Made by a program: the position numbers and the translations under genes | DNA from: Diadema antillarum | Lineage: Eukaryota | Direction of reading: 5' to 3' | Assembly (NCBI RefSeq): GCF_040938485.1 | Contig: NW_027271755.1 | Coordinates: forward strand, 806,001 to 870,000 | DNA: 64,000 bases | Notes under the pieces: model-generated | Told to the model about the DNA's origin: nothing | What the model saw: the letters and a program-made list of their open reading frames with translations, nothing else | The model's database searches: none | Shown: positions 52,901 to 64,000 of the stretch, piece by piece | How positions within the stretch are numbered: position 1 is the stretch's first letter | Layout of the letters: each line of letters opens with the position of its first letter

Positions 52901-53439
52901 GTACACTTGATGCTCTCTGGCTGTTTCATAGATGAATGAAACTGCCCCTGTCGCAAATAAGTGCGCTGTTGTAAACAGAGATTATTTCATACTCTAGTTA
53001 TACTGAACATAAGACTACATGGGTTGTCAGAATATTTGTTTGTTTGTTTTTAATGGGGGGAAAGGGCGCTTGTTATCAGAAATACCAACATTGACAGATC
53101 CAAATCAAAGTGGGTCCAAAGAGCTTCCAGGAAGATCATTCTAATGTGCATCTCAAAAGGTGATCATGATTCCACAATCAGAGATAATTGTACCGTTTCT
53201 TTTGTCAGGACATGAAGAAATTTATAAGCAGTTTTTTTAAGGGAGACTTGGCCGCTCATAGGTCCACAACAGTGTGCTTCTGAGCACAGTTCATGCCACT
53301 AGGGCACTTCACAGTGTTTGCTATGGAAAGACATTGTTTTCTTTTATAGTGTGTTTGTTCTTTGACTCAAATTCAAAATTGCTGGGAATTCTATTGTATA
53401 CAAATTGTAGTTTGTTTGTATAATTGTTTTGATCTAATC

Positions 53440-53620
53440 TAATTCAATCTATTCATAAATGATTACAAATGATTTACATCATAATATTTGTCTAGGGATC
53501 ATTTTCAATAAGCCTATTTTTGTGCTTCGCCCACAGTCATATTTGATACCATGTATTCTTGGGGGTTTTTATGCAACCTTTGTAAATCCAATGATGAAAA
53601 TGGAAATAAATTAAATGAAA
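53440..53620 (+). mobile_element. Probable LINE 3' UTR fragment
   Basis: T-rich UTR-like sequence ending aataaattaaatgaaat. Confidence 0.4.
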
Positions 53621-55265
53621 TCCAGTCCAGAATGACAGCAGTTGCTATGGCTACAGCTGGGACACAACCAATCAGCATTGAACAGTTACTGAATCCACTG
53701 CTGTAGCAACTACAGTTTACAGCAATTTACCACAAGTTCTATAAACCTACCTGCATAAAACCAGATTAAACATTTAATGTGCCTGACACTTCCATTCAGT
53801 GTTGGCTACTGAATGCAGTAATAATGACCATTACAAGGCTTTTGGGGCCTAACATCAAGATCAAAGGATGAGCACCCTGGGACCGAAAGCCAGATGAACC
53901 CTGGTACAAACAGACGAACCCTGGTACAAACAGACATCTACGAGCATGACGAGTCACACCTACAATATGTATTTGTGAAACGGCCAACTGTATTCTTGAA
54001 GGGGTTACATAACCACCTCGGTAAAACATAAACTACATGTATCCTAAAAGGCAGTTGCCATATTTTTGTTACCACCATGACCACATTAAAGAGAAAATTG
54101 GCTTCTCATACAGCTGTACTTGTAGCTGAATATTACTAACCATCTACAACACAAAATGACATTATATGTATCAAATTGGCATGATGTACCAGGATGACAA
54201 ACTACATGTAAGCAGGCATCGTTATCAGACAAAACTCCTTAATACCCATTTATTAGTAATTTTCTGACAAAACACATATTAGCTGCATTTCTCAATGCAC
54301 ATGATCCACAATGGGAAACTATGAGTTGAGCTGAAGTAGGATGTCACACTGGAAAAAAAAAAAAAAATGTCATGTCTATTTGGTACAAAAAGCATATATT
54401 TAGGATTTTTATTAATTGTAGATAAATGGACCCAAAGTTGGCACTTTTGGCACTCTTTCTCACTGATTGTACATTGAAAGTTGATTTAGGTATTGTTTTT
54501 GTCAATGTGACCTTAAATTCAAGATCTTGCTTTTTATAATGAAAATGCATCTAATACACTTGGAAAGTATATTATGTCTACAAGCAACACATATAGCATA
54601 TTGCCCTCATCAAAATATCATGTTTCAAATGATTGCGCAGTGATTATATATGGCGTATCTTACATTATGAAGGAGAAGCATACATTGTAAATATCCAAGT
54701 TGGGGAAAATAAGGACAAAACAAAGGATTTGATGACGTTGCGTGTCTGGTTTTCTTTTGTTCTTTTAATAAACAATTTTATGTGCAATCAATGTAAAGTG
54801 CACTGAAGCATGTGATCACATCTCATGTCAATCGCAGGTACAAGTGATTAACAACTTCCCCGATAAGTATCTGCCACATAGGTATACCCCCCCCCCCCCT
54901 TTCATTCATTGCCCCTGTAGTGGTGCTGTATCTGTGTGTGTCTGTCTGTCAGTATGTATGTCTGATGTTTATACCCGATTGGATGTTGACTGAAATTAGG
55001 AGACGTATGTATTCTTCCCTTTGCATTTGGTACCACTCCAGTTGGTACATGTATGTAGCAGTGATGCACCTTTTCATGCATGGCTGTTGTAAAGTACCCA
55101 ATTACAATGTAAGAATTCATTAATTTGGAAGAAAAGTGCCCAAATATTTGCAAGATATACCGGCATGGCTGTAAATCCATATATGTTTGTTACAAGTTAC
55201 ATCCAATTAGCATTCTAATACACAGTGGGTAATACTCATAAATACAGACTTGTGCATTTGATACA

Positions 55266-55541
55266 TATACTGGACAGCAAAAGAAAGTACCCACTTTTGT
55301 TAAAGGCTGCACACAAAAATTCACCCCCTAGAAATAAACAATTTTTGTACATAGGTATGCAGCAATATCAAGTCATGTCAAGTTCTTCTTTGTCATGAAG
55401 ACATTCACTTGCTTATGTGCATGTGATTAGTAAGGGGCATTGTAGGACATCTATATGTACAAAAATTTTTTATTTCTTGGTGGTACGTTTTTGTGTGCAG
55501 CGTTTGACAGAAGTGGGTACTTTCTTTTGCTGTCCAGTTTA
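55266..55541. mobile_element. Tc1/mariner-type MITE, about 276 bp
   Basis: TA ends; ACTGGACAGCAAAAGAAAGTACCCACTT is perfectly inverted at 55511-55538, with longer imperfect arms inside. Confidence 0.9.
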
Positions 55542-57144
55542 TATCTCAAAACAGCCATAGTATGACTCTTGTGAATACGTGCTCCAAAACCACTTCAAGT
55601 TCTAAGAATGGAATAAAATTTCAACAAAGTCTGAACATTTTTAACCTGGGTGATTAGCGCAATGAAGCATTTCCTTTGAAAACAACAATCAATGATATGG
55701 GAGCAATTTCATTCCAGAAATTCAGTCTATAAAATGAAACTGAAGTATCAACTACATTTATTTTAAACTAAACAATGTATGGTTTTTAAAGCAATTGGTA
55801 AATTTTCACAATTGAAACTAGAGTTTATTTAAGTTTGACTTCGAATCAAATCTAAAGCTAGACTAATTCCAAGGTAGCAGGATCTACTTGTACTCATATA
55901 CAACTGCCTTTCTCAGATTTGCGACATCTGAACTTTGTTGAGCTACGATGCTCACTAAAATCTTTTTGAGGCCTGTCATTGCATTTACTGGCAAGCAGTC
56001 TGGATAACGATCAAAAGAAACTTTTAAGCGCCGTCCGAACAACCTGTTGTTGGCACTCGGATGTTATGCACGCTCACTTCTCAAGTGTGAACAGCCCCTG
56101 ACTCTGTATCTGGAGCTAGAGGATTATTTCCAATAATGTTGCAAACTATGTGTTAACAGCTACGTGTAAAAGCTGCCCCCTACACACCCCAACACATGAC
56201 TATATATCAAAGATGTGGTAGGTATGATAGCTACTAGACAGGGAAGGGCAGTATAGGGAAGATGCACTGGATACAATGTAAATATAAAGCATGTAAGAAC
56301 TAGACAAGAGCTGGAAGATGGAATGCATACATCAAAACAACACACGATAGATGCTGCGTTTACACCCCCTCCAAGTCTGGGAGAACACCCGTCCAGAAGA
56401 GTTTATACTCCATGCACTCCTAAATTTCTCCGTGTGAACACGACAGGGAGATAGCCTCCTTCATCTGAGGCACATGATTTCTAGATTGGGGACCAAAATC
56501 TGAAAAATATAGTAATTCATGCGTATGGCTGCTTTCACCATGTGTGCACATTATGGAGGATATCTACTCTTTCTGACAGCTACATAATACATAGACCAAT
56601 TCAGTTTGGGTACTGCTATTTAAATGGTAATCTCTAACTGAGGGCTTCAAAGATAATTTATGCACTGACATAGCAACGCACTTAGCTCACTGCATAACCC
56701 ATTAGAAGTACTTTTGTTCTTCTTCATGGAAGTCTCCCAGTTATGGCCGCCATAAGTTACAGTGCTCTGAAGTCAGATTCATCCGTAGAGTTTGGTCTCA
56801 GAAGAATAGGCTGACCACCCCCTCCCCCCCCCCCCTCCCCTAGTGACCAAGAGAACTCTAACTTACAGGAAGAGAGGTGCACATTTGTAGATGGTTTGGT
56901 CATAAAGGGATAAACTATTCCTTTATCCTCCCTCCCCATCCCCCCCCCCATCCACTTTCCTCCCAAACTGCCTCCTGAACTTGGAGACGAGTGTGAACGC
57001 AGAGGGACAGTACGTGATATCGACTCTAAAAATCCAAAGCATATCGTGACTCAGACAAAGAGGACGGCTAGAGATGAAAGCGCGGTGGCATATTAAAGGG
57101 GAGAGAGCCGTGTGAGTTTGTTTGGTTTACGAAGCAAAACTCAC

Positions 57145-57243
57145 CTTTTCCAGTTATAGCCTTGAAAGATGAGAGGCTGCGAGAAGGATAGATTGGGCTG
57201 ACCTCTGGACTCCTTCTCCTGCCGGACGGCCCGATAGGCCAGA
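57145..57243 (-). CDS. Candidate 99-nt phase 2-2 internal exon, LAYRAVRQEKESRGQPNLSFSQPLIFQGYNWK(R)
   Basis: Acceptor cttttgtttccag and consensus donor aag|gtgagt. Length is divisible by 3 and the frame is coding-like. The phase-1 frame is also open. Confidence 0.6.
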
Positions 57244-59680
57244 CTGGAAACAAAAGACCAACGGGACTGTAGCTCGACTTTATCCGAGAAGTTTGGCAGA
57301 GTCATTTCACAGGTCCTTGCTCTCTGGGTTTTGTGTTTTTATTCCATTTGTGTGGATCATTTCAGTGGCCATTAAAAGTTCACCCTTGAAGCAGCACATT
57401 TATACAAAGTCATATCTATCATATCTCATGACAAGTTGTACGCAGGTTTAACACAGCGGCTACAGGATCAGAGTATCATAAATCAAAAACTGAAAGGGGA
57501 TTGTGAAGCTGCACTAAAAAGCCTGAGGTTCATCAGGTGAATTAGTACAAACAAACATTACATCCTGCCAATAAAAATCAATGCTGTTGACGCATGAAGC
57601 AAACTCAAGTCTGAAGAATTCAACACAAGTGACGTTCATTTTTGCATGTGTCTATATGTTAGCAAAAATGAAAACAAAAAATGACAACAAAAATAAAGTT
57701 TTCAATATCTTACAGCCAAAATAAAGTGTAAGTAAACCACTTTTTTAACATAAAAAAGAGGTGTACAAAATGTACAATGCTCTTTCATATTGTTAGCTCA
57801 TTGAACTTGGCCCTAAAATTTAAGTGGGCTATTTTTGTGGTCACCATCCACTTTAATAGTATTAAAGCAAAGGCTCTATGGAAGCATTTACTCTTCAAGC
57901 AAAAATAAAAATGACTGATAACTGGCAATGTTTCCGCAAGATGATGCACAAAGGAAATGATAAAATAAAAGCAAGAGCCTGTTATGAAGATTAAAAATGG
58001 GGCATAATCGCAGAATTCATCTTGAACATTGTCACAGACTTTCCTTCAGATTAAAGACACAAAAGAAAAAACTATATTTGTCAGCATTTCCACCTCATCA
58101 AAAGGTCTGATCATCACTGAAAGCTGGACTGGCTTAAAGCAGCTTGTTTGTCCTGACAGCCAAATCTATATTACCGTGTGATTGTACCCTCAAGTATGGC
58201 TGCTTGATATGAATGATAATACCTATAGCAAAAGCGATGGATACTGCAGGTACTGTAAACTGGTGACATTTTCATGATGATACAGAGCAGGCTCTGGATT
58301 TCACCAACAACTACGGATGAATACACATGAGAACATGTGAGTAAAGCCATATTAACAATGTGTCATTACTGATGCCATGTTTTTTATCTATATGGAGTAT
58401 AGTGATAAGCCATCAAGCTGTTTTTAGTTGCAGAAGGTTGTAGCTTCATCATCTCAAATGACATCGCGACAGCTTTTACCTTTTCCCCTGCCTTCTACTC
58501 TTGTTGCAATCAAATTTTGGCGAAAAGCATTCTTAAATTGGAGTTTGATCTTTGTATGTTGCAAATAGCATGATGATATGTATCGTCGACATCTCATTAT
58601 TTGTACCAGTGGTGATCTCTGGGCATGGCATAGAGAATGTATTGAATTTATGTGATATGAAACAAAAATATATAGGGAGGCAATCAGCCTGCAGATATCA
58701 TACGATTTCTTCTGATAATGTCATAGTCACTGTTGCTTTGGAAAGTGGTAGCCATGACTGTGAGCATAGCAGTGAAATCCAGGGAAGATTCTATTTTATC
58801 AACAAATTATTTTTCTATGAGATGCACACAGCCTAAATAGTAACGATGGTTGTTCAAGAAATGTATGTGTGTTATAGCACAGACAAATTATGTTGGTAGA
58901 CACATTGATGAGATATATCCACCTCTCCAGGTCAGTGACAAAATATCAATTGTATTGATCCCATCGCTAATTAGTATATAATGCAGCATTTTGTGTACAG
59001 CCAGCAGAAAGAAATACTATACAGTGAATGAAGCATGTCAAACAATCTGTTATTCACCCTCTATATAGCAATTCTACATTGTAACTTTTCCATTTTGAAT
59101 GTTGAACCCATCTCTGATTCAAATGCACAGTATAAAAACACTAGTATTTAAACATGAGAAGTTGAACCACAAGTACCGGTGTATGTTCCACTGTATTTGG
59201 AAAATGTTAGTTATCATTTACAGTAGATGGGGACTTTAACACAACAAACATTCTGATTTTTTATGATTTTAAAAACATTGTATACACACACTCTAACACT
59301 GGAACCTTCACTTCAGAGGTTCATTCTTGAATCATTTGTAATGCCTGACATGGAAAGTGCACCTTGCAAAAAAATGAAATATACAAAATTGTACAAGAAG
59401 AAGAAGAAAAAAAAAAGCAGGGCCTGGAAAGGAAAAATCTCTTGGCCAAGATCCTCCAACATCAGCAACAGGATGCACAAGAATACACCACAGTGTCTCT
59501 AAGATCATCTCTGAGAACAGTGCATGACGACCAAACAAGAAGTTTAACCATTTAGGCTACTGATACCCCATCAGCACCCTGAGCAATGTGCTACTCATGT
59601 ACCGTAGTGGCAAGGAAAGGCTTAAAGTTTAGAGCTGAGTCTGAGGTTACATTCAAGGACGATAGAGTTTTGCTAATTAA

Positions 59681-60039
59681 AGGCATAATTTACATTGTAC
59701 CATTTGCAGATGAAGCAAAAACCCAGCATTAGTGCTTCATAATAGGTCTAAAATGTGAGTTAGGGATAGAAACAACCAATGTCAAAATTTGAACCAGGGA
59801 GTATAATCGATACAAAATGTGAACAATAGTTATAATGAAAGTGTTTCCAAACCAAACCATCTACAGTTATGGTTTAATGGGAAAAATTGTGATATCTCCT
59901 TATATTTTAGGCTTTATTGCAAAAATTTTATATGGTAGGATGTTACGAGATACAAGTGACTTTACACATATACATTGTACACCAAACGTGATATCTTGAA
60001 CATTTTTGAAATCACTCCTCCAAAAGGTAAACAGGGCCT
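59681..60039 (-). mobile_element. Kolobok-type MITE, family K1
   Basis: ttaa|aggcataatttac...gtaaacagggcct|ttga. Reverse complement of 10008-10356. Confidence 0.85.
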
Positions 60040-60829
60040 TTGACACACTACTAGCACCAGAGGTAGGTTTTCATTATGGGTTGAGAGCTGCCATCTTGGG
60101 AGTTTTACAGTTTGATACCAACGATGAAATGATTGAAATCAAATATTGAATAGCCCGTTAACTCATCTCAAGGCTGCAATGAGATGAAGAGCAATCAATG
60201 AAGGAATCATATATCGCAAATAATGTCTTTGACTCAGGGAAACAAAATGAGGGCACGGTTACCTCCAGCCCGTTGAGGGAATATGAGAAAAGATCTACCG
60301 ATATAACATACTGAAGCTTTCGTATTACTGTACATGTACACATATGTGACACACACACACACACACACACAAGCAGAGGCCAACTTTGAACAGGATTTCC
60401 TGGTTAGGAGCCCTCAAGAACCTAGAAGAACCAACAAATTCCGGTGTAAGTTTGAAGTATCACACAATACAGCTGCAAGATGCTTCAACAAAGCGCAGAG
60501 TTCGCGACCTTCTGACATGACATACAAAATCTACAGTAGATGCACTTGGAAGCTTCATACAGTACACGAATGGTCAACTGAAATTGATCAAGTACTATGT
60601 CTGGTACTGATCTACAATCCATTATCCATTACACATACTTTTGCGCATTGAACATATGGATTCCCTAAACATACTTTATGAATGTACATCACATCATGAA
60701 ACATTTTAAAGATGAGTCATGTTCATGTCTTAAAAATATTTGAATTCCAATATGACATGTGGCAACTTTGTGTACTCATGAATTGCCAATTTTAGCAAAT
60801 GATGCCAGTTTTAAATACAAAATTTGGGG

Positions 60830-61083
60830 TCAAGAAATGGTGAATACAATTAGTGTATGATATAATGTAGGTCCCGTCATACTTAACTCTTTGTTCAACC
60901 CCATTTTGATTTTGACCAGTTATCATTACAATTGATGTGTTATTACCATGTACATGTACATATGCACAATTGTATATATTGTTTGTTTTCGCACATTGTT
61001 TACAAGGTAAAAGAACTTGTATTATTATTTCTGATGTAATATTCATACAAGTATGAAAATAAATGAACTGAATTGAATTGAAT
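60830..61083 (+). mobile_element. LINE 3' end with (TGAAT)n tail
   Basis: Ends aataaatgaactgaattgaattgaa. The 5' boundary is approximate. Confidence 0.55.
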
Positions 61084-61166
61084 AAAAATCAATTCGCTGA
61101 TGTGTTCAGGTAAAATTGCTGCATTCACTTTACATAATCCACTATTGTGATGAACTTAATAAGAAA

Positions 61167-61378
61167 TACTGTAAAAGTGGAAATTTTCGCGGTGTTGAAA
61201 TTTTCGCGCATTTCGCGCAATCAGGAACTAGCGCGAAAATAAAAGCACGCGAATATTTCTGCTTGCCATATGTTCCTGTAGTTGATGTCTTGATGCCGCG
61301 GATTAAAAACACACGAAACTCTTCTTATGCGGCCGAGCGCAAAAAATCAGTCGCGCGAAAATATCCACTTTTACAGTA
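61167..61378. mobile_element. TA-flanked MITE, family T3
   Basis: tactgtaaaagtggaaattttcgcg and cgcgaaaatatccacttttacagta, about 25-bp TIR. Confidence 0.9.
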
Positions 61379-61524
61379 CGCTAGATGAGTACAGGAAGGA
61401 TGCTGCATAACTATCAATGATTATGTACTTCTATGGGTCTCCACCAGCCGACCCTTCCCTACCATGTGTATGTTTCATAATTCTAGGATAATATCACTTT
61501 GATTGTAATGAGAGCAGTGCCAGA

Positions 61525-61771
61525 TACTGTATAAGGCATTTAGAGAGTCTAAATTTTTGCAAATCAGGACTTCGCGATGATTTCACAGGTGATTAATTTC
61601 ACGATCATGGAATACTGTACTGAATGGAGAAATGCATACGGTATATGTATGCATCACATTCATATTGGGATCAAAGTCATTGTTTTTGCGTGTCTTCAAT
61701 TTCGCAAATAGCACCTGACTTGCAAAATTCACGAAAATAAAAACCTCACAAAATATTCGGCGTATACAGTA
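61525..61771 (+). mobile_element. TA-flanked MITE, family T2
   Basis: tactgtata...ggcgtatacagta. Aligns to 34470-34713. Confidence 0.85.
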
Positions 61772-63215
61772 TACACAATACATAGTGGAAGGAGAGCTGC
61801 AGATGATAACTCAACCCTGATCGATGAACAGGTCCTGTCCTAAATCATCGTTCAAGAAAAGTTTTAAAGTACATTGTACAAGGTAATGTAAAGTAGGCAA
61901 AGTAATAATGGAGGCAATATCTGTACAAGTTGCATTTATCGCAAACACCAGTCAGCCTGCAATTTTACAAAAACAGCTTGCAATGAAGTATAAAATAGAA
62001 TCACTTGCTTCATACCACCCTGGACCCAGCAATGATATTCCTTGAAGTGAAAAACAGCAAGATTGAATAAGAAAAAATAACAACTATGCACAACCTGTAC
62101 TGCCCAAGGCAAACACAAGTTATACAGTCTACATAAAATCTTGTCCATTACATTTATTTAGAGGGCATGCGATAGTTTTTAAGTTAGGCTATCAAGGATA
62201 CAATGACCTACTCTACCTACAGAGAAGGGAAAAAATATTGTAACTCTCTACTGTCAGTGGTCATATGATATCTGTAACATTTAACCACAAGGAAACATCT
62301 CTTTTTATTTGATGACTTTCAAAACATTATTGGAAATTTTCTCTGACTGTTCAGGAACCCTTGAGCAGTTATGATATTTTCTTAATATTCTTGTTTCCTT
62401 TTCAAATTTGCAGAATACCTTATACAAGGGTGGTTATGAATTTGTGTAGGATTAGATCTGTGTGCAGTATGAGAAATACTTGAGAGCTATGTGTAAATAA
62501 AAGGTTGTAGATTTCTGGAAAGTCTGTGACAGTAAAGCCATCGGACTGGTTTGCCGTTGGTTTTCAGGATTCTCTTTTCATGACTAAATTGTTAAAATTT
62601 CTCTTTTCTTTCTTCATCTGGAACTTTCTGACACTCACGGACTATCATGAAAGAGAAATACATTGTACGTAGTACTGTATTCACAATGTCAGACTAAGCG
62701 CCAAGCCTATTGAGAGATGAATGCACATCTTTGAAGATTTTAAGACATTATGTACCATCACAGGCACCGGCACACTGGACTGTGACAGAGACCAGCTTAT
62801 TATATGGCCAAATACCCTCACGCGTTCATGTTAAATATGACATGGTTGTATTGCACGTACATCATGCCAAGCAGGCCTACATCCACATGTAAACAGGATA
62901 CATCATTCTCATTTCCTTGTCGGAGGGATGTCTCCCATTTCTCTGACAGACTGCTATCTGGAGTGACGTACGGCGACCATCTCACTGAAAGACAAACGGT
63001 TCGCTTGAATTCCAACTGATCGGCTTCCGATGAATGTAATACCACAATGATATGAATGCTGCAACCCTGCTGAAAGTAATTATTGGGAAAATGTGACACA
63101 ACTGTCCAAGCCTCGTTGTGTTCACACTGGCATCACTCATAACCCAGGTTGTGTGGTGTGTGAATTTGCAGCTCACCAAATCAAAGCTAGTATAGCACAC
63201 AATATAGCTCTTTCA

Positions 63216-63656
63216 GGGTGTTCAGACACACACACAAAAAAAAAATTATACTAAGAACGGTATAGCTATACCACAACAGGATAGCTATACAATGAATTTA
63301 TGTGTCTGATTACTGACTAACAAAACGACGGTCAGAGCATCGTTTCGAATTAGAACTCACTAACGAATCAGCATTCCATCGTGTCCATTGTGCATCTGAA
63401 CGTATGATGACCATAGAACGGTATAACTGGGCTGGGCTTAGTGAGAGTGCGCACGAAAGGTGACCCCATACAAGGGTAGCTGTCATTCATGCTTGTAACA
63501 GCATGAGCAGTGGGAAACTGCACATATTTTAATGACGTTTTCCAGAATGGTCCAGATTAGCGTCTGAACGGTTTGTCGGCTATATGATGATTCTTCATAC
63601 AGCTATCGTTTCTTTATCAAGTTTTGGTATAAACTGGCTTGCGTCTGAACAGGGGG
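63216..63656 (+). mobile_element. Non-autonomous element with subterminal inverted arms, copy 2
   Basis: Collinear with 45073-45508 and shares the right end gcgtctgaacagggggtt. Confidence 0.85.
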
Positions 63657-64000
63657 TTTAAATGCTATTAATCTCTGGAATAGGTCATAGGAAGCTTTCT
63701 ACATAAGGCGATTGTGTTTTTATTTTCCAAGCAGCTGCATGGACAATGTACAGCATGGTATTACTATTAAACAGCAATGGAGGTAAAACAAAATTCTGTA
63801 CATAGTACCGTACATTGTAGTACGCAACCAGCACATCCATGTTACAACTATGATTTTATACACGTGTAATGTACAATGTACACTGCAGGTTTGAATGTCA
63901 CTTACAGAGTATAGATCAAAGAAAGCTTTTAACATAATTTGTTTGCATTTTTCTTTTCGGAGTGGCTTCATCAAAAGTGTACAGTACAGTTTTATTAAAC

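Noticed and set aside
18673-53935. Short perfect tandem duplications (18 bp at 18673, 22 bp at 21999, 20 bp at 53896)
   Set aside because: Two adjacent copies with no spacers indicate ordinary slippage, not CRISPR or a functional array.
1-64000. tRNA, SINE box A/B, rRNA, histone stem-loop and conserved miRNA sequences
   Set aside because: None recognised by eye. An Infernal/Rfam and tRNAscan-SE run would be needed to exclude them formally.

Overview
Eukaryotic, AT-rich, repeat-dense sequence that is mostly intronic or intergenic. The repeat types (TTAA-flanked Kolobok/piggyBac MITEs, TA-flanked TACTGTA MITEs, TGAAT-tailed LINE ends, long poly-G/C runs) suggest a marine invertebrate deuterostome such as a sea urchin; this is an inference. 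No long ORF encodes a recognisable domain, and almost all ORFs in the supplied track look spurious. By reading splice signals by eye I find a set of short GT-AG-bounded minus-strand exons (57145-57243, 40467-40573, 39590-39669, 20143-20498, 16885-16945, 13242-13318, 11982-12044, 11151-11176, 9438-9500, 1-64). They are phase-compatible and look like the 5' half of one large unidentified gene with several alternative first exons; its main coding region would lie left of position 1. About 35 transposon-derived elements have visible termini and often target-site duplications (TSDs). They include a 2.84 kb Sola1/ISL2EU-like element carrying a spliced pseudo-ORF, nested insertions, hAT-like MITEs with 5- and 6-bp TSDs, and a two-copy element with Crypton-like asymmetric ends. 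There is one assembly gap (44172-44329). I recognised no rRNA, tRNA, CRISPR array or known miRNA.
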